A DNA stretch of 64,000 bases, taken from positions 1,088,001 through 1,152,000 of the forward strand of contig OY730476.1 in NCBI GenBank assembly GCA_963422735.1. Direction: 5' to 3'. The notes under the pieces were generated by a model. The model was not told the DNA's origin and searched no databases. It saw only the letters and a program-made list of their open reading frames with translations. This DNA is from Candidatus Latescibacterota bacterium (GTDB taxonomy: Bacteria; Latescibacterota; UBA2968; UBA8231). A program made the position numbers and the translations under genes. Below, piece by piece: positions 48,942-59,551 of the stretch (its first letter is position 1; each line of letters starts with the position of its first letter).

Positions 48942-51431
48942 ATGAACGACCAATTTGCACCGTTGGATTTGAACGCGGCCTATAACGCTGGCACTGGCAA
49001 TGTTGGGTCCGAAGGTGGCAAACTCTGGCCGGCACCCGACGACGCGCCCGACAATACTCCGCTTGTGGGGCTGCCTTGGGGCGAGCAGCAGTTTTGGGGC
49101 GTGCCCTTTAGCTTGGCGGCCGCAGGTGCTGCTCGGTCCGTGGTGCTGGTGGCGCAAAAGGCCAGCGGCGGGGTGAGCGCGGCGGCGGAAATTCCGATAA
49201 ACGCCAAGGCGCGGCGCATCCTCTATGCCCACGCTTGTGCGCCGGTGCCAAGGGCTTGGGCCACGGTCGAGGGCACGGGCGAGGAGATTGGGACCTATCG
49301 CATCCTTTATATTGACGGCAGCTCGGCCGAGCTGCCGCTGCGCCGCCGCTTTGAAATCCACGACGTGCAGGTGCCTTGGGGGCATCACCCCTTTCTCTGT
49401 CGCAATTGCCGCCACTTCTACTCAGCGCCGCTCGACAGCCGCGAGCACAGCTATGGCATGGTGCAGACCGGAACCTTTACGCACGAGGGCAGCGACCTTG
49501 AGGGTTGGTGGCTCTACGACTGGGAAAATCCCGCGCCCGAGCGGGAAATTGCGGCGATTGTGGTGTCGGCGGCTGGCCCTACGGCCCTGGCCTTGGCTGG
49601 CATTACGCTCTGCCACGAGGAGCGCGATCCCTTTGCTTGGCCGGCGCGGCAGGAGGTGGCACTGCGGGTCGATGCCGAAGGAGCACCCGAAGTGGCCATG
49701 GAGCGCGGCGAAATCGTGCGCCGGGATCAGCTTTGGGTGCCGAGTGCAGATTTTCTCACCTCCGAGGAAGCGGGCTGGGGACGGGGCGGCCAAGAGACGG
49801 TAGCCGGCGGCTATCTGGAAATCCACGGCTCAGCCGCAGGCCAGCTCGCCATCAAGGCGGGGGAAGAGGTCGAAGAACGCTTATCCTGGGGCAAAGTACT
49901 CAAAGAGAAGAAGGTCGCCCAAGGCAAAGTGCATATCGAAGTCGTCTCGCCGGCCGGCAAGCAGTGGGTTCACGTGCGGGTCGAGGACGCGGATACCGGC
50001 CAGCCCGTGGGGACCCGCGTCCACTTCCGCTCCGAGCACGGAGCCTATTTGGCACCGCATGGCCACCAAGCCGACGTCAATGTCGCTTGGTTTGAGGACA
50101 TGGGCGGCGACTGCAAGACCGGGGGCGTCCCCTATGCCTATATCGACGGCACCTGCCAGATCGACTTGCCCATCGGCCCGGTGTATGCCGAGGTCGTGCG
50201 CGGCTTTGAGTACCAGCCGCTGCGCCAGCGGGTCGAGATCAAGCCCGGCCAGCGCGCGCTGACCCTTAAGGTCAAACGCGCCTTTGATATGAAGCAGCGC
50301 GGGTACTATTCGGGGGATACCCACGTGCATTTCCTCTCCTCCCAGTCGGCTCACCTAGAGGCCGAGGGCGAGGACCTCAATGTGGTGCATTTGTTGGCCA
50401 GCCAGTGGGGCCGACTATTTACCTCGTGGGAGGAGTTTACCGGCGGCTTGGCACCGACTAGTAGCGACGAGCATTTGGTTTGGGTTAGCCAAGAGAACCG
50501 GCAGCACGTGCTCGGGCACATCAGCTTGCTCGGTCTCAAGGAACTGGTCGCGCCGATGTGTACTGGTGGGGCTAACGAGGATTGGGTCGGCGGCTCAGTG
50601 GATGCGCTGATGGCCGATTGGGCCGAGGAGTGCAAAAAACAGGGCGGGTTGGTTATTATGCCACACATGCCGCTGCCCGACTTTGAGAACGCAGCCAACA
50701 TCGTCTTGGGCCACGCCGACGCTGGCGAGATGTGCTGGATTTGGGAAGGCGAGAAAATCAGTTCGGCCGAAGAGGGTTACTACCGCTGGCTCAACGTGGG
50801 CCAGAAGCTGCCGATTGTCGGCGGCACCGATAAGATGTCCAACGGCCGCATTTTGGGCGGCTCGCGCACCTATGTCAAGCTCCGCGACGACGAGGAGTTT
50901 ACCTTTGACAACTGGTGCCAGGCCGTGCGACGCGGCCAGACGTTTGCCAGCACCGGCGCGATGATAGACCTAAAGGTCGAGGGCCGGGAGATGGGCGAGG
51001 AAATACACCTGCCCGGCAACGGTGGCACGGTCGAGGTGGTCTCAAGAGCAGAAAGCGTCTGGCCGCTTACCGGGCTGGAGCTTATTTGCAATGGCGAGGC
51101 GGTCGCGCGCGAGGTCGCCGCGCCCGATGCACAGCAGATCGAACTGAAGTTCAAGCTCAAGGCCGAGCGTTCCTGCTGGGTCGCGGCCCGCTGCTGGGGG
51201 TCGCACTACACGGACGCCGGGCCGGTGATGGCCCATTCCTCGCCGGTCTATATCGACGTGGGGCGGCGCTGTGTGTTTGCGCCGGCCGAGGGCAATTATC
51301 TGCTGACGCACCTTGAAGGTGGTATCGCCTGGGCGGAAAGGCTCGGCGTCTTCCGCGACGAGGCGATCCGCCAACGACTAATTGGCCTGTTCAACGAGGC
51401 TCGGGGCGAGCTGCTCCGGCGGATGCAGTAA
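48942..51431 (+). CDS. CehA/McbA-family (PHP-like) metallohydrolase
   Basis: YSGDTHVH, QENRQHVLGH, GGTDKM, RTYV and AHSSPVY. Confidence 0.8.
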   Translation: MNDQFAPLDLNAAYNAGTGNVGSEGGKLWPAPDDAPDNTPLVGLPWGEQQFWGVPFSLAAAGAARSVVLVAQKASGGVSAAAEIPINAKARRILYAHACAPVPRAWATVEGTGEEIGTYRILYIDGSSAELPLRRRFEIHDVQVPWGHHPFLCRNCRHFYSAPLDSREHSYGMVQTGTFTHEGSDLEGWWLYDWENPAPEREIAAIVVSAAGPTALALAGITLCHEERDPFAWPARQEVALRVDAEGAPEVAMERGEIVRRDQLWVPSADFLTSEEAGWGRGGQETVAGGYLEIHGSAAGQLAIKAGEEVEERLSWGKVLKEKKVAQGKVHIEVVSPAGKQWVHVRVEDADTGQPVGTRVHFRSEHGAYLAPHGHQADVNVAWFEDMGGDCKTGGVPYAYIDGTCQIDLPIGPVYAEVVRGFEYQPLRQRVEIKPGQRALTLKVKRAFDMKQRGYYSGDTHVHFLSSQSAHLEAEGEDLNVVHLLASQWGRLFTSWEEFTGGLAPTSSDEHLVWVSQENRQHVLGHISLLGLKELVAPMCTGGANEDWVGGSVDALMADWAEECKKQGGLVIMPHMPLPDFENAANIVLGHADAGEMCWIWEGEKISSAEEGYYRWLNVGQKLPIVGGTDKMSNGRILGGSRTYVKLRDDEEFTFDNWCQAVRRGQTFASTGAMIDLKVEGREMGEEIHLPGNGGTVEVVSRAESVWPLTGLELICNGEAVAREVAAPDAQQIELKFKLKAERSCWVAARCWGSHYTDAGPVMAHSSPVYIDVGRRCVFAPAEGNYLLTHLEGGIAWAERLGVFRDEAIRQRLIGLFNEARGELLRRMQ

Positions 51432-51473
51432 AACGCTTTACCCACCGACTAATGGTCGGTGAAAGGAGGGACG

Positions 51474-52355
51474 ATGCTCACGCAAGCACAGATCGACGAA
51501 TTCCACCGCAACGGTTTTCTCAACGGCGGGCACACACTCTCCGACGAGGAGCTTGGCGAATTGAGCGACGCGCTCGACGAGATTTTGACCAAAGGCCCGG
51601 ACGGCTTTGCCCCAAGCGAGGCGCAGCCGGTATCCTTCCGCGACCTAGCTGGCGGGGGCGGCGTCAGCGAGCATCCAGTGTGGCAGATCGTCAATATCTG
51701 GGAGGCCGCACCCGCTTGGGAGCGACTGATTTACCACCCGGCTGTCGTCCGGGGGATCAGCCAGCTCACCGGCCATGCCGACCTCCAAGTCTGGCACGAC
51801 CAAATCCAGTACAAACCGGCCCGCTACGGCGGCTCGACCCACTGGCACCAAGACGCGCCCTTGTGGCCGATCATCAAGCCGATGACGCCGGTCTCGGCGT
51901 GGATCCCCTTGGACGACGCGACCGAGGAAAATGGCTGCATGTGGATGGTGCCCGGCAGCCACAAGTGGGGCAATCAGATCGAGTTTTTGCGTACGCAGGG
52001 GGATTTGTCGCTGCTGGCAAACTTCAAGGACTTACAGGGCTTTACCCCGCCAGCCGACGCCGAGATCCGCAAGGTGGAAGCGCGGCCGTGTCCGGTGATG
52101 CGCGGGGAGGTCTCCTTCCACCATTCGCTAACTTGGCACGGCTCGCCCTTTAATCAATCTCATCGGCCGCGCCGCGCCATTGCCATCCACTACATGACCG
52201 GCGCAGCGCACTTCGACCAAAACGGCGAGCACCTTATGAAGCAGTTCGTCGATTTACCCGACAAGGCACCCATGGCCGAGGCTGGCCCGCACTTTCCGGT
52301 GGTGTGTCGAGGTGGCGAGCCGGTAGGGGTGCCAGCGCACTTGCGGGTGTACTAG
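51474..52355 (+). CDS. PhyH family dioxygenase
   Basis: AAGGAGG RBS; FHRNGF, WHQD, NGCMWMVPGSH and FHHSLTWHGS. Confidence 0.92.
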   Translation: MLTQAQIDEFHRNGFLNGGHTLSDEELGELSDALDEILTKGPDGFAPSEAQPVSFRDLAGGGGVSEHPVWQIVNIWEAAPAWERLIYHPAVVRGISQLTGHADLQVWHDQIQYKPARYGGSTHWHQDAPLWPIIKPMTPVSAWIPLDDATEENGCMWMVPGSHKWGNQIEFLRTQGDLSLLANFKDLQGFTPPADAEIRKVEARPCPVMRGEVSFHHSLTWHGSPFNQSHRPRRAIAIHYMTGAAHFDQNGEHLMKQFVDLPDKAPMAEAGPHFPVVCRGGEPVGVPAHLRVY

Positions 52356-53569
52356 CCGGACTTTCGAGGAGTGGCTGGCGGCCGGGTAAACACGGCCGAC
52401 CAGTCCATCCGTCCGGTAAACTGCATGGCGGCGAAGAGGGTGGCGATGCACAGGACGGTAATGGCCAAGCCGGTATAGCCGACGAAGAAGAAGGTATAGG
52501 AGAAGAGGACCAAGTAGATGAATTGGGCTAAGCCTATCTCCACCAAGGCCAACCGCAGGCCGACCACGAGCCGCATGTAGGAGACGACCAAGAAAACAGA
52601 CACCGCAGCAGCCACCAAAAAGGCGTAGTGGATGAGCAAGTGGTCGGCTAGGTAGGCCAAAAGCAGGTGAAAGCTGAAGAAGGCCGCGCCGATGAAGAAG
52701 TAATTCATCGGATGAATATCGATACCTTTGACCGTGGCAAAAACAAAGAGAAAAAAGAAAAAGAGAAAGAGAGATATGGGAGCGGCTTGGGTCACGTCTT
52801 TTACCCAAGGGCCTGGATTGAGGCGAGCGGGCATGACCATGCCGAGGGAGGCCCCAGTGAGCAACCGATCGTACTGCCAGGTGAGACGCCAGCCATCGGC
52901 GGTGCGCTCCTTGTGAGTGGGCGACAGGCTTTGGCGCGGGAAGTCGATGGCGTCAAAATCAGTGTGCATGGTCAACTTGAAGTCGGAAACTTGCTCGACG
53001 TGGTCGCCGAAGCGGTACCACCACTCTTCCAACCCCTGTGATTGATAGGCAAGACGTATCTGGCGGCTCTGCCCCGGCACTAAGTGCAATGGCTGTTGCA
53101 GGTGCCCTTCCGCCAGAGGCCGCGGGGCGATGGGTTGGCCGTCGATAGACAGCGTGAAATCGTCGTACACAGCTTGGGAAGTAGGCAGGGCTAGATCGAA
53201 GGTCAGGTCGAGGGGGCGGTCGGTCGCGTTGGTCGCGGTATAGGTGGCGTCTAGGGTCACTTGGTAGGTGGGGTACCACAGCAGGCCTTTGCGGCGGTGT
53301 TCTAGGCGGAGATCGGCCTGGAGGCGGCTGGCTTTTAGGGGCAGGAGGTGCCGCTGTTCTGTCGCTTGGCCGTCGGGAGCCTGTTCTTGAGTGGTCCAGT
53401 ACAGGAGCGGGGCGCGCTGGTACTGGGGGGTACCCCACAACTGACCCACGGCGGCTTTGAGCTTGGTGTCTTGGCGGTGAGTGCGGTGGGAGACGACCTG
53501 TGCCAAGATGAGCCAAGCGACGGTCGTGCAGGCAAAAATAAAGCCGATAGCGGCGATGCGGTACAGCAT
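52352..53569 (-). CDS. Inner membrane CreD-family protein
   Basis: N-terminal TM plus LWG; C-terminal IHPMNY...FHLLLAYL six-TM block. Confidence 0.75.
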   Translation of the reverse strand: MLYRIAAIGFIFACTTVAWLILAQVVSHRTHRQDTKLKAAVGQLWGTPQYQRAPLLYWTTQEQAPDGQATEQRHLLPLKASRLQADLRLEHRRKGLLWYPTYQVTLDATYTATNATDRPLDLTFDLALPTSQAVYDDFTLSIDGQPIAPRPLAEGHLQQPLHLVPGQSRQIRLAYQSQGLEEWWYRFGDHVEQVSDFKLTMHTDFDAIDFPRQSLSPTHKERTADGWRLTWQYDRLLTGASLGMVMPARLNPGPWVKDVTQAAPISLFLFFFFLFVFATVKGIDIHPMNYFFIGAAFFSFHLLLAYLADHLLIHYAFLVAAAVSVFLVVSYMRLVVGLRLALVEIGLAQFIYLVLFSYTFFFVGYTGLAITVLCIATLFAAMQFTGRMDWSAVFTRPPATPRKSG

Positions 53570-53628
53570 GAAATTTTCCTTTATGCGGTTGAACGCTTCG
53601 CCGATAGCTGAAGTTCCACTCCCTAACC

Positions 53629-54100
53629 ATCAGTGCAGTAGGGTCAGCTTGTGCGTCTCGATAACCCCATTGACCGAAAGCACCAGCAGATACGTGCCCA
53701 ACGCTTGGAACTGCCCGGCTTGATCTCAACCGTCCCAGACGAACTGGTATGAACCCGCCGGACGCACCCCCTCTGCGGCCAGCACCCGCACTTGCTACCC
53801 CAGATCATCACTGATGGTGCTGTGATGAGACCAGAAGATGGTATTTACCCCGTCGTTGGGCTCGTTGGTTAGATATATCTATGTCCGTTGTACGCGATAC
53901 TGAGGGCACTCGCATCAATGTTGTCCCAAGAGGCGATAGCACTTCGGATGGCACTCGTCATCGGGGCCAAAGAGCTGAAATCGCTGGAGGGAACCCCATT
54001 TTGAACCTCGCGGAGGACGCATCTCAGAAGAGCTATTTTTTGTTGGCAGGCGGCTTGTCCAACTGAGGTTCGTTATCCCAATTTGGGCTCAAATAACTTC
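53629..54100 (-). pseudogene. Remnant of a secreted FlgD-tailed protein (matrixin-like N-terminal piece joined to the FlgD tail)
   Basis: AIRSAIASWDNI...NDGVNTIFW followed by QVRVLAAEG...YQFVWDG*DQAG...GTYLLVL...KLTLLH*, with internal stops. Confidence 0.55.
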
Positions 54101-54395
54101 CTCCTAAGTACGACACTTCCCTAATATGGCATAACCCTCTCCATAGCTACAGCTCCCATCATTCGGTAATATCGGTAATGCATCCTTGTCGGTTAGAGAC
54201 CGCCGCCTTGCAGAAGCGCACGTCGCGAGGTCGGTCGGACGGTAAGATTCTAGACGATATGAACAACTCCGCCCCGGCCAAATCTCTATCAGGGCCGCGC
54301 CGCCCTTCTGGATTCTGGCTTGCGCCGGAACGACGATGGGGTTGTGTTGCCCCTACGGATGCGGATTAGTTGAGTTGCTGTTCCTACTTTCGCCC

Positions 54396-54553
54396 GCGTC
54401 CTGGTTCAGCGAGGCCGACCCAAGGCCGCTGTAACCAAAGTATTCACCACCATCCGGCTAGACCTCGATGTGCTAGCCGCCTTTAAGGCCGATGGCCCCG
54501 GTTGGCAGAGTAAGATCAATCAAGCGATCCGGAAGATTATCGGACTGGAGTAA
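54396..54553 (+). pseudogene. brnA: BrnA antitoxin C-terminal remnant
   Basis: RGRPKAAVTKVFTTIRLDLDVLAAFKADGPGWQSKINQAIRK; no start codon or toxin gene found. Confidence 0.8.
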
Positions 54554-54611
54554 GAACGCCCTTGCTAGTGGCTACAAACGGTCCGACTGCCGAGCCGGCG
54601 AACCCGTCCCG

Positions 54612-55823
54612 TTAGGCCGCCAGAATCTTCTCGTACACCTCCATCCGCTCGCCCTCGCGCTCTGCTGGATCGGCCAGCTTGAGCCAGACCGCCTGATCCT
54701 TTTTGCCCGCGGCAACATGCTGCACGGCTCCCGCTTCCTCGGGCTTGATCCCGCTCCAAATCACCTCGCCATCCTGCAAAAAGACATAATGGCCGGCGTG
54801 GGCGTCCCAAATCCGCTCGCAGTGGTCGCGGTAAAAAAGCGCCTGCTCGCTGGCAGTCTGCCGCAGCCGCGCGATCTGCTCCGGTGGATCGGCTTCAGCC
54901 GAGTCAAACTCGGCCACCGGCGGCGTCAAGCCCTCCAGCACAAAGTCGATTTTGTCCAAGTCCACCGTCCCAAAGCCGTGCTCGGCCGCGACTGCCACCG
55001 GGCTGCGGTCGCGGCGGAAGGGCGGCGTCGGCCAATCGAGCCGGGGGTCGGTGCCCATCAGGTACGAGCCGCAGGCGTCGGTGGCAACGACGTGATCGCC
55101 GGCGACCAAGCAGTCGGCGATCCGGCCCTCACCGCCCCACTCCATGCGCGCCTGACCGGTAAGTCCGTCGATGATGTTGAGGCAGGGCTGGGTAATCAGC
55201 CCGAGGTCGGGCAGGACATACGAGAGGCGGACGACGTGGTGGAAGTAGGTGCGCAAGCGGCCGTGCGGCGGAATTGGTGGCAAGCCAAAGAGGTTTTTTA
55301 GGCACAGGGTGATGCCCATGAAGCCGTGGTTTTTCATCTTGGCCAGTGAAACAAAGGCGTCGGCTTCGCCCAAGGCGGCCGAAAGCTGGTATTCGGAAAA
55401 CATGATCCCGCCGCCAGGCACCTTGTAGCGTTCAAAGGGCGGGTCGCCAGCCTCGACGTATTCGACGCCGAATTCCTCCAATATCGGCCCGGCGTTGAAG
55501 TCGTCGCCCGGGCGCTCACCCGGAGGTGCAGCGCTGGTATCTAACGCGAAGATCTCTGCGTCGCTGCGCTCCCGCAAGAGCCGCAGCACTGCCCGCATCG
55601 CGTCGTCGTCCACCAGTTCCTGCCGCCGCCCGCCGACCCGGCGGATATTATTGGTGCGCATCTGCATGTTGATCTTGATGCCGATTCGCCGCGCCTTTGC
55701 GATCTTGGCCCACGATCGGTGCAACGGCGCGGTGATTTCCACCAGCTTGCCGTAGATCTCATCCAGCGACGCTTGATGGCTACAGTGCGTGGCGCGGACG
55801 GTGTAGTCTTTCTGACTGCTCAT
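54612..55823 (-). CDS. DUF362-domain protein
   Basis: IGIKIN, FVSLAKMKNH...TLCLKNLFG, LNIIDG and DHVVATD. Confidence 0.85.
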   Translation of the reverse strand: MSSQKDYTVRATHCSHQASLDEIYGKLVEITAPLHRSWAKIAKARRIGIKINMQMRTNNIRRVGGRRQELVDDDAMRAVLRLLRERSDAEIFALDTSAAPPGERPGDDFNAGPILEEFGVEYVEAGDPPFERYKVPGGGIMFSEYQLSAALGEADAFVSLAKMKNHGFMGITLCLKNLFGLPPIPPHGRLRTYFHHVVRLSYVLPDLGLITQPCLNIIDGLTGQARMEWGGEGRIADCLVAGDHVVATDACGSYLMGTDPRLDWPTPPFRRDRSPVAVAAEHGFGTVDLDKIDFVLEGLTPPVAEFDSAEADPPEQIARLRQTASEQALFYRDHCERIWDAHAGHYVFLQDGEVIWSGIKPEEAGAVQHVAAGKKDQAVWLKLADPAEREGERMEVYEKILAA

Positions 55824-55955
55824 CGCTTCTAAATCCTCCTATTGGGAATGGACTCGGACAAGTTGCACACCAAGCCGCCGATTGACAAGGATTGGTGGCA
55901 CTCGTTATGTACCTTTAATATCTAACCTCCATTTCCGCTCTATCAAGGACTAGCC

Positions 55956-58118
55956 GTGTCCAACCTCTGCAGGCAATTTCCTTTCGCCTTTCTTGGCCTC
56001 CTACTCGCCGCCTCTAGTGTCTACCCAGCCGACTGGCCCTCCTGGCGCGGCCCGGCGCAAAACGGCGTCTCCGGGGAGACCGGCCTCGTCGAATCCTGGT
56101 CGTCTATCTGGCGCACCGAATTTACCGGCCGCTCGACCCCCATCGTCCTCGGCGGACGGGTCTTTGTCATCGGCCGCCGCGGCGAGGGCATCGCCCAAGA
56201 GGGCGTCGTCGCCGCCTTCGACGCCCAAGACGGCACCCTACTCTGGGAACGCGCCTACAATGTTTTCCACACCACCATCCCCTTCAACCGCGTCGGCTGG
56301 GCCAGCCTCGCCGGCGACCCGGAGACCAGCTATGTTTATGCCCACACGGTCAGCGGACTGTTCTTTTGCTTCGACCGCGACGGCAAGGTCGTCTGGTCGC
56401 GCTCGCTGACCGAGGAATTCGGGCGTATCTCCGGCTACGGCGGGCGCATCCACACGCCCGTCGTCGATGAAGACCTCGTCATCATCAGCTATCTCAGCTC
56501 CAACTGGGGCCGCCACACTCCGGGCCGCCACCGCTACTTCGCCTTTGACAAGCGCAGCGGCGAAGTCGTCTGGCTCGCCACCCCAGGGGGCCGCCCGCTC
56601 GATACTACGTACTCCGTGCCCGTCGTCGCCACCATAAACGGCGTCCGCCTGCTTATCGGCGGCAACGCCGACGGTTCCATCTATGCGCTGAAAATCCGCA
56701 CCGGCGAAACCGTGTGGGGCTTCAAGCTCAGTCGTCGCGGCATCAACTCTTCGGTCGTCGTTGCCGACGACAAGGTGTACGCGGCCCACAGCGAGGAAAA
56801 CCTCGACAACACGGCTCTCGGCCGCATCGTCTGCATCGACGCCACCGGCCAAGGCGACGTTACGGGTACCCACGAGGTCTGGCGCTACGACGGCGTTTTC
56901 GCCGGTTATACTAGTCCGATCGTCCACGATAGCCGCTTGTACATCATCGACAACTCGGCCAACATCCACGCACTCGACGCCGAGACGGGCCAAGTACACT
57001 GGGTCCATAACATCGGCACCGTCGGCAAGGGATCGCCCGTGTTGGCCGACGGCCGGCTCTACGCGCCAGAGGTCAACGGCCGCTTCGCCATCGTCGCCCC
57101 CGGCCGCACCGCCGCCAAGACCCTCGACCTTGCCGAGATTACAATGCCCGATGGCCGGCCGGCCGAACTGTTCGGCTCGCCAGCCGTAGCCTATGGCCGC
57201 ATCTACCTCTCCACCGAGGCGGGCATTTACTGCTTCGGCGACCCAGAAGCGCAGTTCCAAGCCGTGGCGACCGCTGCCAACTACCCGCGCGAGCAAGCGC
57301 CCCCTGGCGCAACACCGACGCACCTGCAAATCATCCCCGCCGAAGTAGTAGCCCAGCCTCGGGCCCGCGTGTCGTTCCGCGCTCGGGCCTTTGACGCGCA
57401 CGGCCGCCTGATCGGCCCGGTCGCAGCCGAATGGTCGCTCACCGATTCGGTCGGCCAACTCGACGACAATGTGCTCATTCTCGCGGACGCACCCGGCGGC
57501 TGCATGGTCGTCGCCCAAGCCGGCGGATTAGCCGCCGAGGCGCGCATTGCCGTGCTACCGTCGCCGACCTACAGCGAAGACTTTGAAGGTTTTGCCGCCG
57601 ACGCCGCGCCGGCTTGGATCGGCACGGGCAGTAAGTTCAAAGTGCGCGAAATGGAAGGCAACAAGATTCTGGTAAAGCCGCCCGCCGCCCGCGGCTTACA
57701 CCGCGCCAACACCTATTTCGGCGCACCCGACATGGCCGGCTATACTATCCAAGCCGACCTGCTCGGCACCAAGAAGCGCCGCGCTGTCCCCGACATGGGC
57801 CTGATTGCGCATCGCTACACCCTCGATATGATGGGCTACCACCAGCAGTTGCAGATCCGCACTTGGGCCGCCGAATTGCGGATGGCCAAAACCGTGCCCT
57901 TCGCTTGGGAACCCAGCGTCTGGTACACCATGAAGATGCAGGTGGAAATCGAAGGCGATATGGCCTATATCCGCGGCAAAGTCTGGCCCCGCGACGAGCC
58001 GGAGCCAGCCAAGTGGAGCATCCAAGCAGTCGATCCCCTGCCCAACCACAGCGGCAGCCCTGGGATCTACGGTTATTCCCCCGCCGAAATCTACTACGAC
58101 AACCTGAAAGTGTGGTAA
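55956..58118 (+). CDS. Secreted PQQ/BamB-like beta-propeller protein with Ig-like and lectin-like C-terminal domains
   Basis: Signal peptide, DWPSWRGP and repeated DxxTGxxxW blades. Confidence 0.85.
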   Translation: MSNLCRQFPFAFLGLLLAASSVYPADWPSWRGPAQNGVSGETGLVESWSSIWRTEFTGRSTPIVLGGRVFVIGRRGEGIAQEGVVAAFDAQDGTLLWERAYNVFHTTIPFNRVGWASLAGDPETSYVYAHTVSGLFFCFDRDGKVVWSRSLTEEFGRISGYGGRIHTPVVDEDLVIISYLSSNWGRHTPGRHRYFAFDKRSGEVVWLATPGGRPLDTTYSVPVVATINGVRLLIGGNADGSIYALKIRTGETVWGFKLSRRGINSSVVVADDKVYAAHSEENLDNTALGRIVCIDATGQGDVTGTHEVWRYDGVFAGYTSPIVHDSRLYIIDNSANIHALDAETGQVHWVHNIGTVGKGSPVLADGRLYAPEVNGRFAIVAPGRTAAKTLDLAEITMPDGRPAELFGSPAVAYGRIYLSTEAGIYCFGDPEAQFQAVATAANYPREQAPPGATPTHLQIIPAEVVAQPRARVSFRARAFDAHGRLIGPVAAEWSLTDSVGQLDDNVLILADAPGGCMVVAQAGGLAAEARIAVLPSPTYSEDFEGFAADAAPAWIGTGSKFKVREMEGNKILVKPPAARGLHRANTYFGAPDMAGYTIQADLLGTKKRRAVPDMGLIAHRYTLDMMGYHQQLQIRTWAAELRMAKTVPFAWEPSVWYTMKMQVEIEGDMAYIRGKVWPRDEPEPAKWSIQAVDPLPNHSGSPGIYGYSPAEIYYDNLKVW

Positions 58119-59551
58119 TGCCTACAGCTACGCGCAGCCTCATCCTCATCCTCATCCTCGCCCTAACCGCCTCTGCCGGTGCCCAAACCGCGATGTGGGG
58201 TGGCTCGCCTGGGCGCAACCAAGCCTCGGACGAGAAAAACCTGCCCACCACCTGGAACACCGAGACCGGCGAAAACATCCAATGGTACGCCACGCTCGGC
58301 TCGCAGACCTACGGCGGGCCCTTGATCGCTGGCGACAAAATTTTCGTCGGCACCAACAACCAGGCCGAGCGCGACCCCAACCACAAAGGCGATCGCGGTG
58401 TGGTGATGGCCTTTAACCGCGCCGACGGGGCCTTCCTCTGGCAGATCGCCCATCCCAAGCTGCCGGCCGGCCGCGTCAACGACTGGCCGCAGCAGGGCGT
58501 CTGCTCGACTCCTTTTATCTTCGGCGACCGCCTCTACTATGTCTCCAACCGCGCCGAAGTCGTATGCCTCGACACCGAGGGCTTCCGCGACGGCGAGAAC
58601 GACGGCCCCATCGCCGACGAAACCGCCACCGCGCCCACCAACGCGGATCTGATCTGGAAATTCGACATGATCGCCGAGTTGGACGTCTTCCCCCACAACC
58701 TCGCTACCAGCTCGCCGCTGGGCGTGGACGGCCGGCTCTTCGCCCTGACCAGCAACGGCGTGGACGAGGGCCACGTCCACATCCCCGCTCCCTTTGCCCC
58801 CAGCTTCATCGCCCTCGACATGCAGACCGGCAGCCTCCTCTGGGACAGCGACCTGCCCGGCGACCACATTCTGCACGGTCAGTGGTCCAACCCCGCCTAC
58901 GGCGAGGCCGGTGGCCGCAAGCAAGTAATCTTCCCCGGCGGCGACGGTTGGGTCTATGCCCTCGCGCCCGACACCGGCGAGCTGATCTGGAAATTCGACT
59001 GCAACCCCAAGGTTTCGGTCTGGGAATTGGGCGGTCGCGGCACCCGCAACAACCTCGTCTCAACGCCCGTTTTTCACGATGGCGTGGTCTATATAGGCGT
59101 CGGCCAAGACCCCGAGCACGGCGAAGGTGAGGGACACCTGTGGGCCATTGACGCCGGCGGCACCGGCGACATCACCGAGACGGGCGTGGTCTGGCACTTC
59201 GGCGGCGAACACTACAACCGCACCATCTCCACCGTTGCCATTGCCGACGGCCTGCTCTATGCCGCCGACCTAAGCGGCTTTGTCTATTGCCTCGACGCCA
59301 AGACCGGCACCCACCACTGGACTCACGACACATTCGCTGCGGTCTGGGGCTCGCCCTTTGTCGCCGACGGTAAGGTCTATATCGGCGACGAGGATGGCGA
59401 CGTCGATGTGCTCAAAGCTGGCAAAACGCTCGAAGTACTACGCGAAACCAATCTGGGCAGCGCCGTGTACACTACTCCGGTCGCCCGCGACGGCGTACTG
59501 TACATCGCCTCCCGCAACACCCTCTTCGCCATTGCAGAAGAGAGCCAATGA
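58118..59551 (+). CDS. Secreted PQQ/BamB-like beta-propeller protein
   Basis: ATG overlaps the upstream TAA; signal peptide, MWGGSPGRN, LGSQTYG and DAKTGTHHW. Confidence 0.87.
   Translation: MPTATRSLILILILALTASAGAQTAMWGGSPGRNQASDEKNLPTTWNTETGENIQWYATLGSQTYGGPLIAGDKIFVGTNNQAERDPNHKGDRGVVMAFNRADGAFLWQIAHPKLPAGRVNDWPQQGVCSTPFIFGDRLYYVSNRAEVVCLDTEGFRDGENDGPIADETATAPTNADLIWKFDMIAELDVFPHNLATSSPLGVDGRLFALTSNGVDEGHVHIPAPFAPSFIALDMQTGSLLWDSDLPGDHILHGQWSNPAYGEAGGRKQVIFPGGDGWVYALAPDTGELIWKFDCNPKVSVWELGGRGTRNNLVSTPVFHDGVVYIGVGQDPEHGEGEGHLWAIDAGGTGDITETGVVWHFGGEHYNRTISTVAIADGLLYAADLSGFVYCLDAKTGTHHWTHDTFAAVWGSPFVADGKVYIGDEDGDVDVLKAGKTLEVLRETNLGSAVYTTPVARDGVLYIASRNTLFAIAEESQ

Noticed and set aside
56238-57518. 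Long antisense or alternate-frame ORFs (e.g. 56238..57518, 46122..47201, 22774..23775, 5785..6822)
   Set aside because: They shadow well-supported genes in GC-rich DNA and show no recognisable motifs.
58139-58159. CTCATC x3 microrepeat as a phase-variation tract
   Set aside because: It is an in-frame hexamer encoding LILILIL in a signal peptide, so length change would not shift the frame.
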